Below, piece by piece: positions 18,646-28,243 of a stretch of DNA of 64,000 nt. Location: assembly GCA_965227515.1 (NCBI GenBank), contig CBDDFZ010000001.1, positions 928,001 to 992,000 on the forward strand, read 5' to 3'. The position numbers and the translations under genes are program-made. Position 1 is the first letter of the stretch. The number at the start of each line of letters is the position of its first letter. The notes under the pieces are model-generated. The model did not search any database and was not told where the DNA came from. It saw only the letters and a list, made by a program, of their open reading frames with translations. This stretch comes from Alphaproteobacteria bacterium. GTDB lineage: Bacteria; Pseudomonadota; Alphaproteobacteria; CALKHQ01.

Positions 18646-20565
18646 TCAGGCGGCAACTCGGGGCGGTTCAGCGGTCGCGCGCACGAAGTGTTCCTCCCCC
18701 AGGTCGATCATAGACGCAACTTCTCCGGGCGTCAGCCGGAACGGCTCCGGCCAGGCCGCGGGCACCGAGGCCTTGCCGTCCATCAGCGCCCCCAGGTCGA
18801 GCTGCGCGCGCGGGTCCGGCTCCGGCACCGCGGCCAGCAGTGCCTGGGTATAGGGATGCACCGGGTTGCGGAACAGCACATCCCGTGGCGCCATCTCCAC
18901 CAGCCGGCCGGCGCACATCACCGCGATGCGGTCGGCGATGTAGTCGACGACGGCCAGGTTGTGGGAGATGAACAGGTAGGTCAGGCCGAGCTGGCTCTGC
19001 AGGTCCTTCAGCAGGTTGAGGATCTGGGCCTGGATCGAGACGTCCAGCGCCGACACCGGCTCGTCGCAGATCAACAGGTCGGGGCGCAGCGCGAGCGCGC
19101 GGGCGATGCCGATGCGCTGGCGCTGGCCGCCGGAGAAGCTGTGCGGGTAGCGGCCGAGCCAGCGCGGGTCGAGCCCGACGAGCTGCATCAGCTCGCGCAC
19201 CATTTCGCGCCGGTGCTCGCGGTCGCCGATGCGGTGGATCACCAGCGGCTCGCTGACGATGTCGGTTACCGTCATGCGCGGGTTCAGCGAGCTGAACGGG
19301 TCCTGGAAGATGAACTGGATGCGGCGGCGGAACGCGATCAGGTCGTCGCCGGTCAGGCCCAGCACGTCGGTGGGGTCGTAGCCGCCGTGGAAGGTGATGC
19401 TGCCGGCATCGGGCGACAGCGCCCGCATGATCACCTTCGACAGCGTGGTCTTGCCGCAGCCGCTCTCGCCGACCAGGCCCAGGCACTCGCCGCGCCTGAT
19501 CTGCAGGCTGACGTCGTCGACCGCCAGCACCGAGCCGGTGGGCTTGGTCGACAACCCTGTCTTGCGGATCGAGAACGACTTGGAGATGTGGGAGACGTCG
19601 AGCAGCACCTTGCCTTCGGCGGCACCCTGGGGCGCGTCCTCGCGGGCCTGCATCAGGTGGCCGGTGGTCGGCTTGATCTCGCGCAGCGGGGTCAGCCGCT
19701 CGCCCGGTTCCATGTCGAAGCGCGGCACCGCGCGCAGCAGCGCCTTCAGGTAGGGGTGGGACGGCCGGTCGTAGATATCGTCCAGGGTGCCCGATTCCAT
19801 CACCCGGCCGTGGTACATCACCACCACCTCGTCGGCGACATTGGCGACCACCCCCAGGTCGTGGGTGATCATCAGCACCGCCATGTTCAACTCGCGCTGC
19901 AGGTCGCCGATCAGCTTCAGGATCTGGGCCTGGATAGTAACGTCGAGCGCCGTCGTGGGCTCGTCGGCGATCAGCAGCGACGGCCGGCAGACCAGCGCCA
20001 TGGCGATCATCGCGCGCTGGCGCAAGCCGCCGGAGAGCTCGAACGGATAGGTGCGGATGGCGCGCACCGGATCGGGGAAACCGACCATGTCGAGCATCTC
20101 CACCGCCAGCTCGCGCGCCGCGCCGCCGCGCACGTCGGAGTGGAGCTTGATCGCCTCGCCGATCTGGTTGCCAACGGTGTGCAGGGGCGACAGCGAGGTC
20201 ATCGGCTCCTGGAAGATGATCGAGATCGAGCCGCCGCGAATCTTGCGCATGATGCGCGATTTCGGCGACAGCGCCGCCAGGTCGACCGGGCCGCCCTGGG
20301 TCTTCGGGTCGTTGAACAGGATCTGGCCGCCGGTGATGGCGCCCGCCTTCGGCAGCAGGCCCATGATCGCCTGGCTGGTCACCGACTTGCCAGAACCGGA
20401 CTCGCCGACCAGCGCCACGGTGGTGCCGGCGCGCACCCGGAACGACACGCCGTCGAGGGCTTTGACGACGCCGGCGCGGCGCAGGTTGAACTCGACCTTC
20501 AGGTCGCGCACGCTCAGCAAGTCACTCGCGTTTGGCGTCTCGCTCACGGTTGGCGTTTCGCTCAC
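18646..20565 (-). CDS. Fused double-ATPase ABC subunit (DppD/DppF-like)
   Basis: Two Walker A motifs ([16 protein letters not shown]), LSGG/FSGG signatures, HPY motifs; GTG start overlapping the upstream TGA, GGAGG RBS. Confidence 0.92.
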   Translation of the reverse strand: MSETPTVSETPNASDLLSVRDLKVEFNLRRAGVVKALDGVSFRVRAGTTVALVGESGSGKSVTSQAIMGLLPKAGAITGGQILFNDPKTQGGPVDLAALSPKSRIMRKIRGGSISIIFQEPMTSLSPLHTVGNQIGEAIKLHSDVRGGAARELAVEMLDMVGFPDPVRAIRTYPFELSGGLRQRAMIAMALVCRPSLLIADEPTTALDVTIQAQILKLIGDLQRELNMAVLMITHDLGVVANVADEVVVMYHGRVMESGTLDDIYDRPSHPYLKALLRAVPRFDMEPGERLTPLREIKPTTGHLMQAREDAPQGAAEGKVLLDVSHISKSFSIRKTGLSTKPTGSVLAVDDVSLQIRRGECLGLVGESGCGKTTLSKVIMRALSPDAGSITFHGGYDPTDVLGLTGDDLIAFRRRIQFIFQDPFSSLNPRMTVTDIVSEPLVIHRIGDREHRREMVRELMQLVGLDPRWLGRYPHSFSGGQRQRIGIARALALRPDLLICDEPVSALDVSIQAQILNLLKDLQSQLGLTYLFISHNLAVVDYIADRIAVMCAGRLVEMAPRDVLFRNPVHPYTQALLAAVPEPDPRAQLDLGALMDGKASVPAAWPEPFRLTPGEVASMIDLGEEHFVRATAEPPRVAA

Positions 20566-21143
20566 TGGCGGGCCTCCACCGGCGCCTGGCCTTCGCGCTC
20601 CGCCGCCTCGGCCTGCTCGGCAGCCTCGGCGGCCATCATGTCCTTGGTCGGCACCGCGAAGCCCATCGCGGCGAAGTTGGCGCAGCTGCTCTCGCTCACC
20701 GGCAACCGGTTGGCCAGTGCGGCATTCGCGGCCTGGGCGACGATGTCGTCGAACCCGTCGAGCTGGGAGTCGATCCTGAGCGTCGCCTTGTCGTCGCGCA
20801 GCACGAGCTGCATCCAGCCGCGCTGGCGGTCGCGCCGGGTGGAGAAGTATTTCAGCTTCAGCCGCCGCAGCCGGGCCATGTCGACGCGGGTGTTCCACAG
20901 GCCATTGGCCTGGACGCCGCTGTCGTCGGTCGTGATGGTGGTCGACTGGCGAACGTAGGTGCGCACGCCGAAGGCCACGAACATCAGCGCCAGCGCGCCG
21001 AGCACGTACAGCATCGCACCGTCGGGCATCACCAGCAGCAAGGGGCCAAGGGTCAGCAGCAGGCCCACCCCGGCGCGCACGTAATCGCCCATGATGGCAC
21101 GCCGGTCGTAAGTATGTGCGGCTGGCGTGGCGAGATCGGCCAT
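20562..21143 (-). CDS. Hypothetical membrane protein (2 TM + PH-like soluble part)
   Basis: Two TM helices followed by [25 protein letters not shown]; coupled to the ATPase gene. Start uncertain. Confidence 0.75.
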   Translation of the reverse strand: MADLATPAAHTYDRRAIMGDYVRAGVGLLLTLGPLLLVMPDGAMLYVLGALALMFVAFGVRTYVRQSTTITTDDSGVQANGLWNTRVDMARLRRLKLKYFSTRRDRQRGWMQLVLRDDKATLRIDSQLDGFDDIVAQAANAALANRLPVSESSCANFAAMGFAVPTKDMMAAEAAEQAEAAEREGQAPVEARQ

Positions 21144-21195
21144 TAGGTCCCCAAGAAGCGCCGGCTCAAGAAACGCCCGCTCAAGAAACACCCAC

Positions 21196-21990
21196 TCAAG
21201 AAACACCGGGTGCGCGAAAGATCACGTCCGATGCGACCCAACAGGCGGCGGGATGGCCAACCATAGCCGAAAGCAGGGCCTCGATGAATGCCCAAGTCGC
21301 GTCGTCATGGTCCAGATGGTGTGTCATCAGGCCGGTGGGTTCATTCGCGTCCACAACGCCGGTGCGGCGGTCGCGCAAATGGCCGGTCAGTGCGCCGAGT
21401 GCTGCCGCATTCCCCACGAAACCGCGCGTGCCGCGCCAGTCGATGACGTCGACATGGGTGTTGGCCACCGCAAGGCCCGGCACCGGCGTGCGCGGCCCGA
21501 AGGTGGAGAGCCCGGTGAAGCCGAGGGCCGGCAGGCGCTCGACCAGCGCCGGCGCGATGCGGTTCCATGGCGGCACCAGGGCCGGCACGAACCGGTCGCC
21601 GAAAAGGTCCGTCAGCCGCGCCCGGCCGCTGGAGAGGTCGCCAGCCAGGTCGTCGATATCGCGGCTGCCGCCCAGCTCGATCTTCTTGCGCCGCTTGCCG
21701 GGGGCGGCCGGCAGGCTGTTGTCCTGATGCGCAATACCGTGTTGCAGCACCTGCACCAGCGGATGGGCGGCAACCTCTGCGGCGAGCGCGGGCGTGCACG
21801 ACGCCGGAATCACCGCAAGGGCCAGCGGCACGGCAAATGTGTCCGACAGGCCGATCAGCCGGTCGAGGTCCGCCGACGGCGCGGTCGCGTCGTCGTCGCG
21901 CCACCACAGGGTGGCGGTGCGCCCGGCCTCACCCCAGCGGTCGAGCTCGGCGGTCAGGTCGGGCCAGCCGGCTTCCATTTGGGTGCTCAT
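21196..21990 (-). CDS. Polysaccharide deacetylase (CE4-like) family protein
   Basis: WWRDDDA, LAVIP, QHG..H, VPPWNRI, THHL.H; ATGA-coupled. Confidence 0.85.
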   Translation of the reverse strand: MSTQMEAGWPDLTAELDRWGEAGRTATLWWRDDDATAPSADLDRLIGLSDTFAVPLALAVIPASCTPALAAEVAAHPLVQVLQHGIAHQDNSLPAAPGKRRKKIELGGSRDIDDLAGDLSSGRARLTDLFGDRFVPALVPPWNRIAPALVERLPALGFTGLSTFGPRTPVPGLAVANTHVDVIDWRGTRGFVGNAAALGALTGHLRDRRTGVVDANEPTGLMTHHLDHDDATWAFIEALLSAMVGHPAACWVASDVIFRAPGVS

Positions 21991-23129
21991 TTGGACCGGT
22001 GCAGGGTCTCGATGGCCGCCACCGTGCCCCGCGCGCCATCCAGATCGAGGGCGGCGACGGCGGCCGGCGGCAGCGATACGGCCTTGTCGAGCGCGGCGGC
22101 CAGCGCATCGGCGTCGAGGTCGGCCTCGCTTACCACGACGGCGCGACCACGCGCGGCGAGTGCCGAGGCCCGCTCAGGCTGTTCGGTCTCGCCGCTGCCG
22201 GCGAACGGCACCAGCACGGCGCGGGTCTGGGTCACGAGCACATCCATGACCGTATTGTAGCCGGCCTGGGAGATCGATGCCCGCGCGCCGGCGAGACAGG
22301 CGAGGAAATCGGAGCGGTGGCGCGCCACCGTCAGTCCGTTGCCGGCCCGCGCGGACAATCGGGCGAAGTCCTGGTCGGGCAGGTTGTCGCCGGTCAGCAG
22401 CAACCACGGCGCGTCGGCCAGGCTTGACCGCGCCCGCGCGTCCACGGCGGCGTTCAGCAGCGGACCGCCAACCGCACCACCGCCGGCGGAGACCACGACG
22501 CCTTGTCGATGTGGCGCCGGTGCTGGCGGCACTGGAGCGACAAAGCCGGTGTAGCCCACCTTGTGTGCGATGGCGTCCGCCGGCCCGAAGCTCTCCTCCA
22601 GCCGGTGCACCGCCGGGTCGCCATGCACCAGCACGGCATCGAAGAACGCGTCGACGGTTGCCACCGTCTCGGCCTCGCGTTCCGGCTTGCGGCGTTGCAG
22701 GATGTCGCGGATCGAACAGGCCACCATCGGCCGGGGGTGGCGGGCGTGCGCGCGCTCCAGCAGCGGCAGCAGCTCGAAGCGCATTTGCCGGCGGCCGAAC
22801 GGAAACGCCTCGACCACCAGCACGTCGGGGCGTACGTCGTCGAACGCGGCGATCAGCGCGTCGCGGCGCGCGGCCTTGCCGGCATCGTCCAACGGTCGGC
22901 CGTCCTCCATGACCAGGCCGCTGAAGTCGGCGTCGGCACTGCGCAGCGGCGGCAGCTGCACGGTGCGCACGCCGTCGAACGGCATCATGGCCGACGGCAT
23001 GCCGCCACTGACCGCCACCGGCGCATGACCGGCCGCGTTCAGCGCACGCGCGATCAGCGCCACTCGCCGCAGATGACCGACGCCCAGCAGGTGCTGGACA
23101 TAGATCATCACGCGCAAGGGCTGGCTCAT
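21987..23129 (-). CDS. Glycosyltransferase, GT28-C/GT1-like
   Basis: YVQHLLGVGHL.R, EAFPFGRRQMRFEL, SAGGGAVG, SQAGYNT, ETEQ..RA; ATGA overlap at 23126-23129. Confidence 0.9.
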   Translation of the reverse strand: MSQPLRVMIYVQHLLGVGHLRRVALIARALNAAGHAPVAVSGGMPSAMMPFDGVRTVQLPPLRSADADFSGLVMEDGRPLDDAGKAARRDALIAAFDDVRPDVLVVEAFPFGRRQMRFELLPLLERAHARHPRPMVACSIRDILQRRKPEREAETVATVDAFFDAVLVHGDPAVHRLEESFGPADAIAHKVGYTGFVAPVPPAPAPHRQGVVVSAGGGAVGGPLLNAAVDARARSSLADAPWLLLTGDNLPDQDFARLSARAGNGLTVARHRSDFLACLAGARASISQAGYNTVMDVLVTQTRAVLVPFAGSGETEQPERASALAARGRAVVVSEADLDADALAAALDKAVSLPPAAVAALDLDGARGTVAAIETLHRSK

Positions 23130-24586
23130 CGCTCTGCGGTCGTAGTCGGGGCGGTGGTTGTCGGAGCGCTCGCGGGCGGGGGCGGCGGAGGTGACCGGCG
23201 CAAGTGGCGCAGCAGGTCGGTCGGCGGACGGGCGACCGCGCGCAGCAGCGTGCCCGTGTGCTCGTTCAGCATCCGCATGGTCGCCGGCAGCACATGCAGC
23301 ACCATCAGCACCTCGGCCACGGCGGCGGCGATACCGGCGCCGGCGAGGTCCAGCCATTCGATCAGCGGCCAGGCGGCGGCCAGCGACAGGGCATTCACCG
23401 CAACATAGTACGCCGCCATCCGCCGGTTGCGGTTGGTGGCATACATCACCATCGCGCTGGCGAACCAAATGGCGTAGGCGACCATCGCCACCAGCAGGCC
23501 GGAGAACAGGTCGAACCGCACCGCGACCTCGCCGTTCGTCCACAGGTCGACGAACCAGGGCCCCAGCAGCGCCATGCCGATGGTGGCGATGCCGACCGCC
23601 CAGACCGCGATCTGCAAGGCGGCGGCGTGCAGCCGGCGCTCCATGGCGGTGTCCTTCTTGCCATGGGCGATGGAAATCTCGGGCCGGAGCGTGCCGTGGA
23701 AGGCGTTCAGTACGCTGGTGGTCACCCGTGTCAGCATGCGCAGCACGTTGAACACGGTGACGGCGGCCGGGCTCAGCACCACGCCGACCATGATCACCAT
23801 GCCTTGCAGGTTCAGTGCCTGCCCCAGGGTGATGGCGATATATCCCATCGCCGGGCGGGCGGTGGCCCTGAACGTCGCCTTGGTGGCGTGGCGCACGCCT
23901 ATTTTGACCCAGGGCGCGTGGCGGCGCACCAGCAGGCGGATGCTGACCAGGCATGTGGCCTGCGAGCACAGCATGGCGGCGGCAACGGTGACCGGCCCGT
24001 AGCCGAGGCCGGCAATCAGCGCGAGCAGGCCGAAATCTGCCAGCCGGAACAGCGACAGCGCGGTCGCGCCAAGCCCGTAAGCACCGATGCTGACCAGGCC
24101 GGCGTTCATCAGCCCGCTTTGCAGGCCGCACACGACCATCAGCAACTGCATGGTCAGCACCAGGGCCGCGTCGGTGTTGTCCAGCATCGCGAAGTTGAAC
24201 CAGTCGCCCAGCGGCGCCAGCCAGGCCACGGTGGCACCGATGCCGGCCACCGCCAGCGACATCGCGGTGATCAATATCCAGCTCGACTGGAAGGTCTCCA
24301 GCGCGGCATCGCGCTTGCCGCCGGAGACCTGCATGGTCATCGCATTGATGGTGGCGGTGGTGAAGCCCAGGTCCGACAGCACCAGATAGGCCGGCACCGC
24401 GGTCAGGATCAGCCACTCGCCCATCAGGTCCGGGCCCCACAGCACGATCAGCAGGGGCACGGTCGCCAGTTGGATCAGGATGTTGACCGGCTGGGCGACG
24501 GCCTGGCCGCCGAGCCCGCGCAGCAGGCGGCCCTTCACCGTTTGATGGGCAGCGGTCTGTTGGGGCTGGACCGGTTGCTCGGTCAT
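23126..24586 (-). CDS. Wzx/MOP-like polysaccharide flippase
   Basis: About 12-14 TM; QLATVPL....G....GEWL, LSDLG motif. Confidence 0.8.
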   Translation of the reverse strand: MTEQPVQPQQTAAHQTVKGRLLRGLGGQAVAQPVNILIQLATVPLLIVLWGPDLMGEWLILTAVPAYLVLSDLGFTTATINAMTMQVSGGKRDAALETFQSSWILITAMSLAVAGIGATVAWLAPLGDWFNFAMLDNTDAALVLTMQLLMVVCGLQSGLMNAGLVSIGAYGLGATALSLFRLADFGLLALIAGLGYGPVTVAAAMLCSQATCLVSIRLLVRRHAPWVKIGVRHATKATFRATARPAMGYIAITLGQALNLQGMVIMVGVVLSPAAVTVFNVLRMLTRVTTSVLNAFHGTLRPEISIAHGKKDTAMERRLHAAALQIAVWAVGIATIGMALLGPWFVDLWTNGEVAVRFDLFSGLLVAMVAYAIWFASAMVMYATNRNRRMAAYYVAVNALSLAAAWPLIEWLDLAGAGIAAAVAEVLMVLHVLPATMRMLNEHTGTLLRAVARPPTDLLRHLRRSPPPPPPASAPTTTAPTTTAER

Positions 24587-24614
24587 GGCCGGGCTGGGCA
24601 GGTGGCGGGCGCGC

Positions 24615-25403
24615 TCACCGGCCGGTCTGCAGGAACTTCCGCTCTTCGCCCTGCAGCACCAGGCAGGTCAGCACGCCGGTGGCGTAGGCGCCGGTGTCGA
24701 TGCCGATGCGGTTGACCCGCTCCTGCGGTTCCGGCGCGATGGTGTGGCCGTGCACCACCATGTGGCCCAGGGCGGCCTGGCTGCCCAGGAACTCCTCGCG
24801 GATCCACAGCAGGTCGTTGCGGTGCTGGTCCTCCAGCGCGACGCCGGGGCGGATGCCCGCGTGCACGAACAGATAGTCGCCGTCGCTGTGGAACAGCGGC
24901 AGGTTGAGCAGGAAGTCCTTGTGCGCCTGCGGCAGCTTGGCCCGCATCTGCGCTTGCGCGTCCTCCAGCCTCAGCTTGATGTCGTTGGTGTCGCTGCGCA
25001 TGGCCACGCCATAGCTCAGCATGGTCTCGCCGCCACCGTTGCGCAGCCACATCCCGCCGATGGAGATATCCTCCAGGAAGCTGACCATCGCCTCCTCGTG
25101 GTTGCCCATCAGGTGGACCGCCTCGAACCCCTCCGGCGGCCCCGAGATCAGCCGTTCGATGACGGCCGCCGACTCCAGGCCGCGGTCGACATAGTCGCCC
25201 AGGTAGACGATGACGTTGCGCCCCGCCGCCGGCCAGTCGCTGCCTTCCCGGTCGCTGGCGATGCGGTCCAGCAGCGCGTCGAGCAGGCTGGCGCAGCCAT
25301 GGATATCGCCGATGGCATAGATGCGCGTATCCGGCGCCGTGCGCGGCACGGCCGTCGGATCAGCCGCCGGCAATTTGGCGCCGCCGAACAATTTGCGCAG
25401 CAT
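24615..25403 (-). CDS. Ser/Thr metallophosphoesterase (PrpA/lambda-phosphatase-like)
   Basis: GDIHG, LGDYVDRG, GNHE, FVHAGIRPG, WIR, VHGHT, IDTGAY. Confidence 0.92.
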   Translation of the reverse strand: MLRKLFGGAKLPAADPTAVPRTAPDTRIYAIGDIHGCASLLDALLDRIASDREGSDWPAAGRNVIVYLGDYVDRGLESAAVIERLISGPPEGFEAVHLMGNHEEAMVSFLEDISIGGMWLRNGGGETMLSYGVAMRSDTNDIKLRLEDAQAQMRAKLPQAHKDFLLNLPLFHSDGDYLFVHAGIRPGVALEDQHRNDLLWIREEFLGSQAALGHMVVHGHTIAPEPQERVNRIGIDTGAYATGVLTCLVLQGEERKFLQTGR

Positions 25404-25521
25404 GTCATCGTCTCCGATCGCCTGTTCGGGGGATGTGGGTGCGGGCGATTTATACATGCTTGGCCGATCGGGTGCTATTGCGTGTGAAGGGGGGCGGGGG
25501 CGAGGGGCGATGTGCCGCCGG

Positions 25522-26796
25522 CTACCGCCCTGCGGCGGCGCGGCGGACCCGCACCGGCGGGCGCGGCGGCTCGGCATCGCGCAACAGCCTGTCGATGTGG
25601 TGCCCCTGGTAGAGGCCGACGCCGAAGCGCGCGCCCAGCTCCAGCGCGCCGGTAGTCTCGCAATGGCAGAAGATCACGCGCGACGGATCGTTGGCGCGGA
25701 TCGACTGCCCGAACCCGGACAAGCCGCCATTCTCGATCTGGTCGACGGCGGTTGCGTCCACCTGCACCTTCACGAAATCGATGCCGAGCCGCGCCCGGTC
25801 GACGAACGCCAGCGACTGATGGCTGATGCCGTCGAGCGAGATGCGGTAGCCGCGCGCCGTTGCCAGGTCGCGGGCGAAGTAGAACCGCGCCAGGTCGGCG
25901 AACGCGTCCACCACCTGGAACTCCAGCATCACGGTGCCGCGCGCGGCTCCGGGCAGCGCCTCGTCGAACTCCAGGAACGCCGGGGTCAGCACGGTGGCAA
26001 TATTCAGGTTCAGGCTCAAATACGACTGGCCGCGGATGTCGCCGGTGTTGGCGACCGCGCGCAGCATGCGCTGGTCCAGCGTCTCGGTGAAATGGCGGAA
26101 CAGCCACGGATTGGCGCGCAGATCGCGGCCCGGCACCAGGGTCCGCTGCAAGTCGGGCACCGAGAAGAAGCGCTCCCACAACACAGGGTTCGGCGCGCCA
26201 TTGGGGGTGACGGCGCAGATCGGCTGGCGGCGCAGCAGGCCCGACAGGTCGGACCGCGCGATCATGCTCTCGCACTTCGCCAGCATCTCGGGCTCCAGCG
26301 GCGCCATGGGGGCTGGCGTTTCGGATGGCGCCTCGGCCTCGGCCATGGCGGCGCGGCGCGCGATCGCCTCCGCATTGCGCAGTGCCTCGGCATGGGCGCG
26401 GAATGCTTCGTAGTCGGTCTCAAGGTCGAACCAGGTCGCGAATTCCCGCCCGCGGGCGTCGATCTGCGCTACCGGGTCGTCCGGGAACATATGCCGGAGC
26501 TTGATGACCCCGTGGTCGATGTCGCGGACCTGCGCGTCCCTGGCGATGAACACGATATCGCCCTCGGCGAGCTGGTAGGTCTGGCCCTCGAAGACGCGGA
26601 CGTGGTCGGCGAAGGTCTGGGTCGCGGCGCGCAGATATTGCGGGCGGCGGTGCTCCGGCGCCAGGCGGGAGAGATGGATGTGCACCGCCATGCGGCGCTC
26701 GCGGTGACGCGCCAGGCGCACGACCGCGTCATACAGCTGGGCGGCGGGGTTGCCGTCTGACGACGGCGGCGCGTGGATGGCTTCGGCGAGCGACAT
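25522..26796 (-). CDS. Degenerate EAL-domain protein
   Basis: RQPI, ERF in place of EAL, SLNLN, MLEF, SLDGIS in place of DDFG, DFVKV, HCET, LYQG. Confidence 0.75.
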   Translation of the reverse strand: MSLAEAIHAPPSSDGNPAAQLYDAVVRLARHRERRMAVHIHLSRLAPEHRRPQYLRAATQTFADHVRVFEGQTYQLAEGDIVFIARDAQVRDIDHGVIKLRHMFPDDPVAQIDARGREFATWFDLETDYEAFRAHAEALRNAEAIARRAAMAEAEAPSETPAPMAPLEPEMLAKCESMIARSDLSGLLRRQPICAVTPNGAPNPVLWERFFSVPDLQRTLVPGRDLRANPWLFRHFTETLDQRMLRAVANTGDIRGQSYLSLNLNIATVLTPAFLEFDEALPGAARGTVMLEFQVVDAFADLARFYFARDLATARGYRISLDGISHQSLAFVDRARLGIDFVKVQVDATAVDQIENGGLSGFGQSIRANDPSRVIFCHCETTGALELGARFGVGLYQGHHIDRLLRDAEPPRPPVRVRRAAAGR

Positions 26797-26946
26797 GGCC
26801 CGGCCACCATGGCCGACAGAGTTTGTCGAATGGTGAATTCGCCACAAATGCCCGCAACACGAAAACGGCGGCCCGTGGTCGATGTCTCCGACCACGGACC
26901 GCCGATGGTTGGACCCTGTTTCGGTCAGGGCGGGATGCTGGTGGGA

Positions 26947-27093
26947 TCAGTCAGCCCACGCGGTGCAATAGGTCGGCCGATAGCCGGGCGACCCTTGCGA
27001 ATAGTCGGTGTACCAACTGATGCAGTTGTCGTCGTTGAAGCAGGCCGCCAGCAGCGGCGCGAGAAGTGCAATCGCCAAGATAGCCTTTAACAT
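26947..27093 (-). CDS. 48-aa small lipoprotein
   Basis: Hand translation MLKAILAIALLAPLLAAC-FNDDNCISWYTDYSQGSPGYRPTYCTAWAD*; lipobox LAAC; GGGAGGGG RBS. Confidence 0.85.
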   Translation of the reverse strand: MLKAILAIALLAPLLAACFNDDNCISWYTDYSQGSPGYRPTYCTAWAD

Positions 27094-27441
27094 TTCGGTT
27101 CCCCTCCCGAATGTCGACATGACAGGCAGCCCAACGTGGCCGGCGTTGCGAACGTTCGCGGTCCGCGTATGGCCAAGTCGGGACAGGCAGGTACTAGGCG
27201 AGGTTGTTCATCGGAACGCTCAGCCTCCGCGCTTGTGGTTCTTGTGTGTGATCATTGCTTCGACGGTGCCGCGCCTCGTGGATGGCAGGATTTTCGGACG
27301 CGACAGTTGGGCAGATGGTGCGCCACCTGGGCGATGGCGTGGCCATTGTGGGACCATTTCGCGCCGGCGGAGGTGCTGGCGTGGCGCGATCGGGGCCGCA
27401 ACCGGCGCCAGGTTGGCGCGTGCGGCGTGGCCGAAGCACGA

Positions 27442-27470
27442 TTGACACCCAGTCATGACTGGCTTACTCT
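27442..27470 (+). promoter_or_regulatory. Sigma70-type promoter with palindromic operator in the spacer
   Basis: TTGACA-17 nt-TACTCT; perfect palindrome CCAGTCATGACTGG at 27449-27462. Confidence 0.65.
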
Positions 27471-27495
27471 TTCAGTGTGTTGCTGAGTTTTTAGT

Positions 27496-28230
27496 ATGAA
27501 TGTTTGTCTTCAAATTTCTTCGAAACTCAAATTTGGATGTATAGAGATGGCGATTAATATAACGAAATTTCATTTCGACTCAGATATAATACTGGTTCGC
27601 TTCAAGAAGCGCCCCTGTACGAACTATGATTTTGGAGATCTATTTTTCTTCAAAGAGCCTTACGAGTTCCACTACGAATTCGACGGAGATCCGAAGAACG
27701 TCAAGAGATTCGTTATCCCCCCGTTCCTCGGCATGGAGAAGCCGGATTTCGATTCCGGGTTGCTCGAATGCAAGAGCACGGAGTCCGAGATCCATACGGA
27801 TTTCTCCAGCGTACCCTGGGTTTTTCGGTGGTTGATCTCGCGCACGGGCGCATATACCGAGGCCTCGATCGCGCACGATTACCTGTACATGCTGCGCCAT
27901 GAGTATGTGCAGAAGCGCACCCGTGAGTTCATCGCCGCCCACAACAATCGATATCAAGGCTATTGCAGCGAGGAAGTCGGACGCGAAGAAGCCGACCAGG
28001 CATTCTTCAGGGGCCTTATCGACTCCGAGGTGCACGATGTTCGCTATCGGCTGATCAAACTCGCGATCAAACTGGGTGGTCAACGGGTGTATGGCGACAA
28101 GACGCTCAAGAGGAACGAGAACGAAGACGTGCTTGCCCGCAAGCGCCGGATCGGTCGCTATGCATTTACCGGTGTCTTGTTGTCGGGCGTCGTTACACCG
28201 ATTGCGTGGGTCGTGACTGCTCTGGCATAG
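27496..28230 (+). CDS. DUF1353-like protein, lower GC
   Basis: TDFSSVP..FRW, ASIAHDYLY, READQAF, C-terminal TM. Start may be 27547. Confidence 0.78.
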   Translation: MNVCLQISSKLKFGCIEMAINITKFHFDSDIILVRFKKRPCTNYDFGDLFFFKEPYEFHYEFDGDPKNVKRFVIPPFLGMEKPDFDSGLLECKSTESEIHTDFSSVPWVFRWLISRTGAYTEASIAHDYLYMLRHEYVQKRTREFIAAHNNRYQGYCSEEVGREEADQAFFRGLIDSEVHDVRYRLIKLAIKLGGQRVYGDKTLKRNENEDVLARKRRIGRYAFTGVLLSGVVTPIAWVVTALA

Positions 28231-28243
28231 CCCAGGCTCGCGC

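Noticed and set aside
21150-21209. Short direct-repeat arrays (also 29825-29938 and 51796-51855) as a CRISPR array
   Set aside because: Units are contiguous with no unique spacers, are too short, and no cas genes are present.
27100-27440. Overlapping small ORFs or an ncRNA in the intergenic gap
   Set aside because: No motif, RBS or recognisable RNA structure; probably divergent promoter DNA.
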